DNA of 64,000 nucleotides, from positions 2,825 to 66,824 of the forward strand of contig PUMP01000048.1 in the NCBI GenBank assembly GCA_003551425.1. Direction: 5' to 3'. This stretch comes from Candidatus Nealsonbacteria bacterium. GTDB taxonomy: Bacteria > Patescibacteriota > Minisyncoccia > Minisyncoccales > PWPS01. Each line of letters starts with the position of its first letter. The first letter of the stretch is position 1. This document shows, one piece after another, positions 9,515 to 17,727 of this stretch. The notes below the pieces were generated by a model. The model was not told the DNA's origin. It saw nothing but the letters and a program-made list of their open reading frames with translations, and did no database searches. The translations under genes were made by a program, and so were the position numbers.

Positions 9515-9712
9515 AGAGAGGGAAGATTCATTCTTCCCTCTTAAGCTTTTCTAAGCACCAAAATGACATTGACTACCAAGGGTTGACCCTTGGTAAATAA
9601 TGGAGTTGTTCTTTTATTTGTTCGGAAAAATGTGCTTTTGAGACTACTTTTCCCAAGGGTCAACCCTTGGGTGTAGCTTGTGAAATGGTTGTTCTCTGTT
9701 AAAATAAAAGTA

Positions 9713-10843
9713 ATGGAACCTTTAGCCTCAAAAATAAGGCCGAAGAGCTTAAAGGAGTTCGTGGGACAGAATCATTTAGCCGGAGAAGGGAAGCCTTTAA
9801 ATGTTGCTATAGAAAAGAAGCACTTGTTCTCTTTTATTCTTTGGGGGCCTCCGGGAACGGGGAAAACAACCTTGGCAAAAATATATGCCGATAGTTTGAA
9901 TGCCAAGTTTTATGAGTTGTCTGCGGTCTCCGTCGGCAAAGAGGACATTAGAAAGGTAATCAGAGAAGACATAAAAGATTATCCCAAGGTCTTGTTCTTA
10001 GATGAGATACATCGCTTTAATAAAGCTCAGCAGGATTTTTTGCTTCCTTATGTGGAGCGGGGAGATATAGCTTTAATCGGAGCTACTACGGAGAATCCGA
10101 GTTTTGAAGTAATTGCCCCTTTGCTTTCTCGTTGTCGGGTTTTTGTTTTGTATGAACTTTCGAAAGAGGAGATAGAAACAATTATCAAGCGAACCGGATT
10201 TAAGATTGGTAAGAAAGCCGTAAATTGGCTTATTAACATGGCAAACGGAGATGCAAGGCAAGCCATTACTATGCTTGATAACACAAGCAAGCTTTACAAA
10301 AATATTACGGTAGAGAATCTAAAGAATACTTTGCAATCGAAGTTCTTAAGGTATGATAAAGCGGGGGAGGAGCACTACAATACGATATCGGCTTTTATAA
10401 AAAGTATGAGAGCCGGTCAGCCGGATGCCGCTTTATATTACTTGGCCAGAATGATTGATTCCGGAGAAGATCCGAAGTTTATTGCCAGAAGAATGGTGAT
10501 TTTTGCTTCTGAGGATATTGGACTAGCACAACCAACAGCGCTGGTTGTGGCTAACGCGGCGTTTAGAGCAGTGGAAACCATTGGGTTGCCGGAGTGCGGT
10601 ATTAATCTGGCCCACGGAGTCACTTATCTTTGCCGGTGCAAGAAAGACAGAAGCTCGTATGATGCGTATATGAAAGCGATGGAAGATGTAAAAAGATACG
10701 GAAACTTGCCTGTTCCTTTAAAGTTGAGGAATCCGGAAACAAAATTAATGGAAGAGATGGACTATGGGAAAGAGTACGAGAAGTATCCTAAAGAGAGCTA
10801 TCTTCCCGATAAATTAAAAAAAAGGAGGTATTTAAGTTTATGA
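9713..10843 (+). CDS. rarA: replication-associated recombination protein A (AAA+ ATPase MgsA/RarA)
   Basis: LASKIRPKSL..FVGQ.HL, then Walker A GPPGTGKTT, then the MgsA C-terminal helical domain. It could start at GTG 9680 instead. Confidence 0.85.
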   Translation: MEPLASKIRPKSLKEFVGQNHLAGEGKPLNVAIEKKHLFSFILWGPPGTGKTTLAKIYADSLNAKFYELSAVSVGKEDIRKVIREDIKDYPKVLFLDEIHRFNKAQQDFLLPYVERGDIALIGATTENPSFEVIAPLLSRCRVFVLYELSKEEIETIIKRTGFKIGKKAVNWLINMANGDARQAITMLDNTSKLYKNITVENLKNTLQSKFLRYDKAGEEHYNTISAFIKSMRAGQPDAALYYLARMIDSGEDPKFIARRMVIFASEDIGLAQPTALVVANAAFRAVETIGLPECGINLAHGVTYLCRCKKDRSSYDAYMKAMEDVKRYGNLPVPLKLRNPETKLMEEMDYGKEYEKYPKESYLPDKLKKRRYLSL

Positions 10844-11685
10844 ATGTCATAATTCCCAATCCTAAAGAGTTTGAGCATTTAAAGACCGAGTTTCGGAAGT
10901 CGGGAGCTGAAAAGATACACATCTTATCGGACTTTGACAGAACCCTTACTTACGGAACCTTTGAAGGAGGAAAAGCTTCTTCTCTTATGTCCATACTAAG
11001 GAACGGTGATTACTTAAAAGAGGGTTACGCGGAAAAGGCTCATGCTCTTTTTGATAAATATCGCCCCATCGAAACAGATCCCGGCATTTCTGTGGAGGAG
11101 AAGAAGAGGTTAATGCAAGAGTGGTGGAAAGCGCATTACAGACTGCTTATAGAGTCCGGGTTATCCAAATCGGACTTAGAGAGTGTCGCTGAAAAAATTT
11201 ATGTTAGGATAAGGGAGGGTGTTTCTGAGTTTTTGGACATTATCCATGAAAAAAACATTCCATTGGTTATTTTTTCCGCAAGTGGTTGCGGGGAAGTGAT
11301 TCCGATGCTTTTTCGGAAGATGGGAAAAGACTACCCGAACATCTTTTATGTAATCAATATTTTTAACTGGGATGAAGAAGGAAAAGCCGTTTCCGTGAGA
11401 GAGCCGATTATTCATAGCATGAACAAAGACGAAACGGTTCTGAAAAAATTCCCTTCCATTTTTAACTCCATAAAAAACAGAGACAATGTTGTTTTGCTTG
11501 GAGACAACGTAGGTGATTTGGGAATGATTAAAGGCTTCGATTGTGAGAATTTATTAAAGATAGGGTTTTACAATTTTCCTCAAGAAGAGCCAAGGCACGA
11601 TTACGAGGAAGGTTTCGATGTAGTTCTGGAGGGAGACGGTGATTTTAGTTTTGTAAGCTCTTTGCTTCGAGAGTTGACGAAATGA
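10840..11685 (+). CDS. HAD-superfamily pyrimidine 5'-nucleotidase (UMPH-1/cytosolic 5'-nucleotidase III-like)
   Basis: HAD motif I DFDRTLT, a central cap domain, and the LLGDNVGD motif. A strong SD is present. Its start overlaps the rarA stop (ATGA). Confidence 0.65.
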   Translation: MNVIIPNPKEFEHLKTEFRKSGAEKIHILSDFDRTLTYGTFEGGKASSLMSILRNGDYLKEGYAEKAHALFDKYRPIETDPGISVEEKKRLMQEWWKAHYRLLIESGLSKSDLESVAEKIYVRIREGVSEFLDIIHEKNIPLVIFSASGCGEVIPMLFRKMGKDYPNIFYVINIFNWDEEGKAVSVREPIIHSMNKDETVLKKFPSIFNSIKNRDNVVLLGDNVGDLGMIKGFDCENLLKIGFYNFPQEEPRHDYEEGFDVVLEGDGDFSFVSSLLRELTK

Positions 11686-11710
11686 TCTTTATAAAGGAGG
11701 AGATGAAAAA

Positions 11711-12010
11711 ATGAAAAGGAGGCACATTTTAAAAATTAGAAAGGGAGAGATAATTCTTCCGGAGGGTTTTTCTGCCGGTCCCGTGGGAAGACTTGAAGAG
11801 GAGAAATGTCTCTTTGTTATTCCTCGGAGAGAAGGAAATGTTCTTGCACTCTCTAATGAAGAAAGAGATTTTATCGAAGTTACCGGCAAGGTTCTTATCG
11901 CTTATTGCCTGAATTATTTCGAAATATGGAATCCGTGTAAGTTTGCCGAATTTGAGAAAGAAACAAGCATGGAGAAGTTGGTGGAAAGGCTGGGTATTGC
12001 TTATTTGTAA
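11711..12010 (+). CDS. small AbrB/MraZ-like (swapped-hairpin) putative DNA-binding protein
   Basis: IRKGEIILPEGF...CLFVIPRREGNVLALS resembles the MraZ half-domain of this window's own mraZ (KKRLAIPIKF...CLFMYPLKEW). It has a strong SD. Confidence 0.35.
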   Translation: MKRRHILKIRKGEIILPEGFSAGPVGRLEEEKCLFVIPRREGNVLALSNEERDFIEVTGKVLIAYCLNYFEIWNPCKFAEFEKETSMEKLVERLGIAYL

Positions 12011-12056
12011 AAAGTTCCTTTTTATTGTATAATACTGATTAAGGGAGGTGATTTAG

Positions 12057-12407
12057 ATGCTTCGGTTTGTAATCCTTGCGCTGATTTTCAGCGCGCTGTC
12101 CCTGGTAGATATGCACACAACGCTAAGGGGAATTGAAGCGGGAACAATGTGGGAGCTTAATCCTTTTGTAGAGCGCTATCTGTTGGACAGTCCAACCGTA
12201 GCACTTTTCGTGAAGGGCGTTGCGCCCTTGATTGTCTCCGGATTTCTTTATCTTAGGCTGGGATTAGAGAAGAAGCCGGTATTTTTTAGAGGACGCCGTC
12301 TATTTTCTATAGACAGCTCCAATGTTCTTTTTGTCTTTGTGGTAGTTCATTTTATTATCGCCCTAAACGGAACGTTTTGGGCCTATATGATCTACTGGTT
12401 TATTTAA
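12057..12407 (+). CDS. hypothetical small membrane protein
   Basis: ORF with an SD (GGGAGGTG) and 3 predicted TM helices. Confidence 0.45.
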   Translation: MLRFVILALIFSALSLVDMHTTLRGIEAGTMWELNPFVERYLLDSPTVALFVKGVAPLIVSGFLYLRLGLEKKPVFFRGRRLFSIDSSNVLFVFVVVHFIIALNGTFWAYMIYWFI

Positions 12408-12524
12408 AGACAAAGGCCCCTGCTTTTAAAGAGGGGTTTTTTCTTGTTATAATAAGCAATTTATTGTATAATATAAAGAGTAAAGGGGTTTGTTCTTTAA
12501 ATATATTCAAGGAGGTGATAAGAG

Positions 12525-13343
12525 TTGAGGTGGTTTGGGTTTTCGGATATAGGTATTTGGGCAGCAGTCCTTTTCTTCTTCCTCTACTTTGCTTTTAGAA
12601 GTGGAGGAGAGATTAGCATTGCTCTTTTGGCTTCTTTGGGAGTTATTTTGATAATGACCGCGATAGGATTTTCTATAGAAATCATTATTGAAGTTCTTCG
12701 TAACAAGAGGGGACTTGGAACTATTCTCGGATTTCTTACCAACGGTCCCGAGATGGTGGTACTTTTGGCAGGCATTATTGCCGGAGACGTACTTTTCGGC
12801 GTTAGTACACCGCTAGGGTCAACCGCTATCAACGCAATAATGCTTGTTTTGGCAGCAATAGTGACGGGAACAGCAATAAAGTTATTGCAGGCAAAGAAGA
12901 TTGTTTATGGCTTACTTTGTATTATCATTACAGTTATTCTTGCTTCAATCTTTTATTTTTTACCGGAAGAGCTTTATCTCTGGTGGATAATTACGGCCCT
13001 TCTTATAACAATTTCTTTTTTTCTTTTAAGGCCGAAAGAGAAAAAAAGAAAGGACCGTCCCTCCGAGGTGCCAAGCTGGATTATCTTGCCGGCGCTTTTA
13101 TTGCTTCTACTGTCGGGATCTTTTCTTGACCCGATGGTTGAGTTTGCCGGAGAAGTTTCCGGAGTTCCGAAGAATCTCATTGGGTTCTTGGCTCTTGGGA
13201 CTCTTTCCAGTTGGCCGGAGCTTAAGAGTTGTATAACCCTTTTTAAAAAAGGATTTATAGAAGCGGCCGGTATTAATATTTTCGTCAGCAATATTACAAA
13301 TATATGGCTGGCGATTATAGGGATATCCCTTTACTTACTTTGA
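12525..13343 (+). CDS. polytopic membrane protein, distant CaCA (Na+/Ca2+ exchanger)-like
   Basis: TTG start with an SD. GFLTNGPEMVV..GVSTPLGSTAINA weakly resembles the CaCA alpha-repeat (GxSxPE..GSNIxN) seen in the clear CaCA genes at 28357 and 38327. Confidence 0.4.
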   Translation: MRWFGFSDIGIWAAVLFFFLYFAFRSGGEISIALLASLGVILIMTAIGFSIEIIIEVLRNKRGLGTILGFLTNGPEMVVLLAGIIAGDVLFGVSTPLGSTAINAIMLVLAAIVTGTAIKLLQAKKIVYGLLCIIITVILASIFYFLPEELYLWWIITALLITISFFLLRPKEKKRKDRPSEVPSWIILPALLLLLLSGSFLDPMVEFAGEVSGVPKNLIGFLALGTLSSWPELKSCITLFKKGFIEAAGINIFVSNITNIWLAIIGISLYLL

Positions 13344-13344
13344 A

Positions 13345-13380
13345 AAAGGGAGCATGTGTCTTTGTGCTCCCTGTTTTTAT
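13345..13380 (+). terminator. intrinsic terminator
   Basis: GGGAGCAtgtgtctttgTGCTCCC hairpin followed by TGTTTTTAT. Confidence 0.6.
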
Positions 13381-13465
13381 AACACAGCTTTAAAATGAAA
13401 ATTATTTAGGTTATTATGTCTAGAGATAAAAGTTATTTCGCCAATAAAGGTTAAAAAAATAAATT

Positions 13466-14194
13466 ATGTTGAATAAAGAGCAGGGAATTTTTGAAAATAA
13501 CGAATTTACTGCCGAAAGAAAAGAAAAAGAAGAACCTAAGAAAGTGAAAAAGATTGAAAAAGCCCCTCTTGCCATTGACACCAAGATTGAGGTTTTACTG
13601 GTTTGGAAAGGAGAAAAGATGGCTACGGAAATTCAGATTGACAGTGCGTCCTGGAAAGAAGGGGAAGAACCGGAAAGTGTTGACCCTAAAAAGATAAAAA
13701 AGATCGAAGAACTGGCCAAAGACCTTGAGCTGTTTTATAACTCCTCTCCGGAAAAGACAGTGCATAGCGAGTATTACCATAAAGACTCGGAGGGAAAAGA
13801 GAGGCCTAAAAATAAATCACAAAAAGTCTTTTATTTGGCTAAAACAGAGAAAGCTCTTTATTCACTGATGGAGGCCATTGAAGAAGATAATGATGATTTG
13901 TTGGGTCAGCTTTATGGATATCCTGATTCGGCGATTAGTGGTTACAAAAAAGAAGAGATAAAAGAAATTATTGACTTGCCTTCGGAGATTCAAAATAAGC
14001 CGGAGATTGCTTTTACCAGATTTAAATTGTCAAAAGACAATTGGCAAGAAGAGCTTCAAACGGGGAAAAAGTGGAGTGATACGGTCAAGAGAGTAAGCCC
14101 TCGAATGCATAAAGAATTTATTTCTTATATGAGAAACATTAATTTGGGAGACAAAGATGATTTTTATGTGGATTTTTTTGAAGAAAAGAGTTAA
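13466..14194 (+). CDS. hypothetical Lys/Glu-rich protein
   Basis: 242-aa ORF with no recognisable motif. Confidence 0.45.
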   Translation: MLNKEQGIFENNEFTAERKEKEEPKKVKKIEKAPLAIDTKIEVLLVWKGEKMATEIQIDSASWKEGEEPESVDPKKIKKIEELAKDLELFYNSSPEKTVHSEYYHKDSEGKERPKNKSQKVFYLAKTEKALYSLMEAIEEDNDDLLGQLYGYPDSAISGYKKEEIKEIIDLPSEIQNKPEIAFTRFKLSKDNWQEELQTGKKWSDTVKRVSPRMHKEFISYMRNINLGDKDDFYVDFFEEKS

Positions 14195-14279
14195 AATTGA
14201 GCCTGTTTGTTTTTGCCGAAAGCCAAACAAGCTAAAGTATGAGAGAGTGTTATAAAAAATAATAATTTAAACAAAGAAT

Positions 14280-14885
14280 ATGTATATATTGTGCTCTGAC
14301 CTCGAGAGTGTTTTTTTACCCGAGCTATGGGTTGAGATAGCGAATGAAACGGGAATAAAAGACCTTCAGCTTACTACTCGTGATGTTTCTGATGTGAATC
14401 TTTTAATGCAAAAAAGAATTACTTCTTTAAGGGAGAACGGAGTGGACTTTGAAACGTTAATACAAATAGCTAAAAAAAGTGAACCGCTTGAAGGGGCCGT
14501 TGATTTTTTAAGATGGGCAAGAGAGATGATGCCGATGATAATTCTTTCCGATACTTTTTGGGAATTTGTTTCTCCGATAATTAGCAAAATGGAATATCCA
14601 ACGATAATTTGCAATTCTTTGCAGGTGGATAAAGAGGGCTTTGTTTCCGGATATAATCTCCGGGAAGACGGCAAAAGAAAAACTATAGAGGTTTTACAAC
14701 AAGCAGGACTAAAAGTAATAACGGTAGGAGATTCCTATAACGACGTTAAAATGCTTGAAAAAGCGGATAAAGGCGTTTTCTTTAATGCATCAAGCGAAAT
14801 AGTTCAGCAGTTTCCTGAATTTTCTTCAGTAAACAGCTATGAAGAGCTCAAATTACTGATAAAAGACACGATTAATTCAAAATAG
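14280..14885 (+). CDS. thrH: phosphoserine phosphatase/homoserine phosphotransferase ThrH-like HAD hydrolase
   Basis: Collinear similarity to ThrH, as far as I recall its sequence: CSDLESVFLPELW, TTRDV.D...LM..R, PLEGAVDFL.W, ILSDTF.EF, GDSYND..ML. Confidence 0.7.
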   Translation: MYILCSDLESVFLPELWVEIANETGIKDLQLTTRDVSDVNLLMQKRITSLRENGVDFETLIQIAKKSEPLEGAVDFLRWAREMMPMIILSDTFWEFVSPIISKMEYPTIICNSLQVDKEGFVSGYNLREDGKRKTIEVLQQAGLKVITVGDSYNDVKMLEKADKGVFFNASSEIVQQFPEFSSVNSYEELKLLIKDTINSK

Positions 14886-14893
14886 CTTTATTA

Positions 14894-15238
14894 TTAGAGA
14901 CCTATATTGAGCTTGGAATATACGTAATAGCCGCTTTCTTTAAGTTTTTCTAGGGCCTCATCTTTCTCTTCTTCTGTCATCTCTTGAGGAAGTTTAGTTT
15001 TCAGCTCTCCCCTTAGATCATCGTTTCCTTTAAAATGACGAAGATAATCTATGGGATTTTTTGTTTCAAAATCACGGTTAACAAGAGTATCATCTATTTC
15101 TCTCGGATTTTGTACGACGATATACCCCTTGGATCTTAAAGCATCTTGCAACTCTTCCATTGATAGATTTTTCTTTTCGGAATATTCGTTGTTATTTTTT
15201 TGATCTTCAAAAGGATCAAATTTTTCTGGGTCGGGCAT
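14894..15238 (-). CDS. hypothetical acidic protein
   Basis: 114-aa ORF; no motif recognised. Confidence 0.45.
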   Translation of the reverse strand: MPDPEKFDPFEDQKNNNEYSEKKNLSMEELQDALRSKGYIVVQNPREIDDTLVNRDFETKNPIDYLRHFKGNDDLRGELKTKLPQEMTEEEKDEALEKLKESGYYVYSKLNIGL

Positions 15239-15397
15239 GTTTGTTTTTAATTAAAGAATAATATTATTATAAAAGTAACATTTTATCACAGGAAAAACAA
15301 GAAGAAGGGAGGCAGGGTGGCTTCAATTACGAATATATATAAGGAGATGCCACCCCCACAAATCAGAGATGTATACTATAAACTTCTCCTGAAAATG

Positions 15398-15445
15398 GGA
15401 GAAGAAAAGGCAGGTATGTAAGCGCTATTATACATATCTGCCTTT
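15398..15445 (+). terminator. hairpin + T-run (possible terminator of a small transcript in the ddl upstream region)
   Basis: GGCAGGTATGTAagcgctattaTACATATCTGCC followed by TTTTTGTTTT. Confidence 0.35.
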
Positions 15446-15522
15446 TTGTTTTATAATAGAAAAACTGAAAATAGAAAACAATTCTTGAGTAAAAATACTA
15501 GAGCTTAATAAAAAATCAAACC

Positions 15523-16605
15523 ATGAATAACAAAAAAAATATTGCAATTTTATTCGGAGGTAAGTCTGCCGAGCATGAAGTTTCTTTGAAATCCGCAAAG
15601 AATATTTTTCAAGCGATTGACAAGGATCTCTACAATCCGATACTCATTGGAATTGATAAAGATGGAAGATGGTTTGTAAGCGAAGATCTTGAATCTGTTT
15701 TGCTAAATGAAAGATCCATGGAAGGCATCAGAAAAAACTATGTAGTCCTAGTTCCACAGTGCGAAGGAGAGGTTGTTTTTTTAGAGGGAGGAGAAAGAAA
15801 AGTAAAAGTTGATGTTGTTTTTCCCATACTTCACGGTCCTTTTGGTGAAGACGGAACAGTACAGGGACTTTTAAAGCTGGCGGACATTCCTTTTGTTGGT
15901 CCGAGTGTCTTGGGATCTGCGGTTGGCATGGATAAAGAGGCTATGAAAAAGATTTTAAGAGATAATTCTATTCCAGTAGCTGACTATATTTGTCTTCACA
16001 AAGAAGAAGAGGCTTTAAGTTATGAGGAGGTGGTGAGTAAACTTCAAAGCCCTTTTTTCGTAAAGCCGGCGAATATGGGTTCTTCTGTCGGGGTAAGCAA
16101 AGTTTCTACAAAAGAAGATTACCACAAAGCAATTTCTTTGGCGTTTGACTACGACTTAAAGATAATAATTGAAGAGTTTATAGAAGGAAGAGAAATTGAG
16201 TGTTCGGTTTTAGGGAACAACAATCCTCGAGCATCTGTTTTAGGAGAAGTTATTCCAAGTCACGATTTTTATTCTTATGAAGCAAAATACATTGACGAGA
16301 AGGGGGCTGATCTTGAAGTTCCGGCAAAAATTAGCGATGAAATAACCGAAAAAATTCAGAGCTTAGCAATAAAAACATTTAAATCTTTATACTGTGAAGG
16401 GCTGGGAAGAGTTGATTTCTTTTTAAAGGAGAATGGAGATGTTTTTGTCAATGAGATTAACACAATGCCGGGATTTACAAAAATAAGCATGTATCCAAGG
16501 CTTTGGGAGGAATCAGGCGTTTCTTACAAAGACTTGATAACAGAGCTTATCAATCTTTCCTTAGAAAGAATTAAAAAGGAAAAAGAATTAAAGCATGATC
16601 ATTGA
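15523..16605 (+). CDS. ddl: D-alanine--D-alanine ligase
   Basis: IAILFGGKSAEHEVSL, the ATP-grasp motifs, and the C-terminal EINTMPGFT..SMYP. It ends at TGA. Confidence 0.9.
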   Translation: MNNKKNIAILFGGKSAEHEVSLKSAKNIFQAIDKDLYNPILIGIDKDGRWFVSEDLESVLLNERSMEGIRKNYVVLVPQCEGEVVFLEGGERKVKVDVVFPILHGPFGEDGTVQGLLKLADIPFVGPSVLGSAVGMDKEAMKKILRDNSIPVADYICLHKEEEALSYEEVVSKLQSPFFVKPANMGSSVGVSKVSTKEDYHKAISLAFDYDLKIIIEEFIEGREIECSVLGNNNPRASVLGEVIPSHDFYSYEAKYIDEKGADLEVPAKISDEITEKIQSLAIKTFKSLYCEGLGRVDFFLKENGDVFVNEINTMPGFTKISMYPRLWEESGVSYKDLITELINLSLERIKKEKELKHDH

Positions 16606-16624
16606 AATTATATGAAGAAAAGAT

Positions 16625-16840
16625 ATGAAAATAAACGGAACTGCAAGAAAATATATATTTCCGGGAACAGAAGTTGATATTATTTTAAAAAAAGACCAAA
16701 CTACCGGCAGGTTGACAAGAGGGATTGTAAAAGATGTATTAACAAAATCCGAAAATCATTCTCGAGGAATAAAAGTTAGACTTGAAGACGGTAGTGTAGG
16801 AAGAGTTCAAGACATAATTTCTTTTACCGGACTTGATTAG
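16625..16840 (+). CDS. YwbE-like small protein (DUF2196 family)
   Basis: 71 aa; GRLTRGIVKD.LT.S..H..GIKVRL.DG.VGRVQ matches the YwbE pattern as I recall it. Confidence 0.5.
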   Translation: MKINGTARKYIFPGTEVDIILKKDQTTGRLTRGIVKDVLTKSENHSRGIKVRLEDGSVGRVQDIISFTGLD

Positions 16841-16866
16841 CAGATATTAGTTAAAATTTTAAATAA

Positions 16867-17322
16867 ATGAAATTAATTATTTACGCATCTTTTCATCACA
16901 AGAATACGGAAAAAATTGCCAAGGAGATAGGTAATGCTTTAGGTGCGAAAGTTGTTAATTTTTTGAATGTGACAGAGGAGGAGATTAAAAAAGCGGAGCT
17001 GATTGGCTTTGGTTCCGGCGTTTATCTTTCCAAGTTTCACAAAGGTTTGGTTAAGCTGACTGAATCCTTGCCGAAAATGGAGGGAAAGAAAGCTTTTTTG
17101 TTTTCAACAAGCGGAATGAGAAGAAATATGTTTCTTAACAGATCTCACGATCATTTTAAAGATATTCTTAAGGAAAAAGGTTTTGAGATAGTGGGAGAAT
17201 TTAACTGTCTCGGATATGACACTTACGGACCACTTAAGTATATTGGAGGCGTAAATAAGGGAAGACCCAGTCAAAAAGATCTTGAAGAAGCGAAACTTTT
17301 TGCAAGAAATTTGGTGAAATAA
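16867..17322 (+). CDS. flavodoxin-family protein
   Basis: MKLIIYASFHHKNTEKIAKEI... is a flavodoxin-like (Flavodoxin_5) N-terminus, and the size fits. Confidence 0.65.
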   Translation: MKLIIYASFHHKNTEKIAKEIGNALGAKVVNFLNVTEEEIKKAELIGFGSGVYLSKFHKGLVKLTESLPKMEGKKAFLFSTSGMRRNMFLNRSHDHFKDILKEKGFEIVGEFNCLGYDTYGPLKYIGGVNKGRPSQKDLEEAKLFARNLVK

Positions 17323-17323
17323 T

Positions 17324-17725
17324 ATGGAGGAAAAAGATTCTTCAACTTTAAAACAGGAAGAGATAGAAGAAAACTTAAAAGAGCTTGAAGAGTGGAGGCT
17401 CTCATCGGACAAGAAGAAAATCTTTCGCAATTTTTATTTTAAAACCTTCCGCGAATCAATTGATTTTGTAAACGAAGCGGCTACCTTTGCCGGAAGAGTA
17501 AAGCACTATCCCGAGGTCATGATTATTCGTTTTCGGAAAATTTCGGTAAGACTTACTACCAAAAAGAGCGGGGGATTAACAGAAAAGGATTTTGCTTTAG
17601 CAAAAGAGCTTAACGCGATAGCGGGATGGAAGAGTAGATTAGAGCAACTGACTATTTCCCCCAAATTCCTTATCCCTTTCTTGATTATAGTTTTATTAAT
17701 AATACTGTGGCAGTATCTTCAATAA
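17324..17725 (+). CDS. pterin-4a-carbinolamine dehydratase (PCD/DCoH) with C-terminal TM extension
   Basis: W.L.......I.R.F.F..F..A..F...V...AE...HHPE pattern: EEWRLSSD..IFRNFYFKTFRESIDFVNEAATFAGRVKHYPEV. Confidence 0.7.
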   Translation: MEEKDSSTLKQEEIEENLKELEEWRLSSDKKKIFRNFYFKTFRESIDFVNEAATFAGRVKHYPEVMIIRFRKISVRLTTKKSGGLTEKDFALAKELNAIAGWKSRLEQLTISPKFLIPFLIIVLLIILWQYLQ

Positions 17726-17727
17726 TA

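Noticed and set aside
9379-9600. 73-aa ORF from the track (MIVIIIKKGGVKNEV...)
   Set aside because: No ribosome-binding site. It overlaps the SD-led 32-aa ORF in another frame and spans a terminator-like hairpin and palindromes. Likely spurious.
10841-16605. Alternative genetic code (TGA or TAA recoded), suggested by in-frame stops in mltG and the MazG-like gene
   Set aside because: TGA cleanly terminates ddl; readthrough would run out of frame across the next gene. It also terminates rarA and acyP at conserved C-termini, and TAA/TAG end most other genes. The two internal stops are different codons and isolated.
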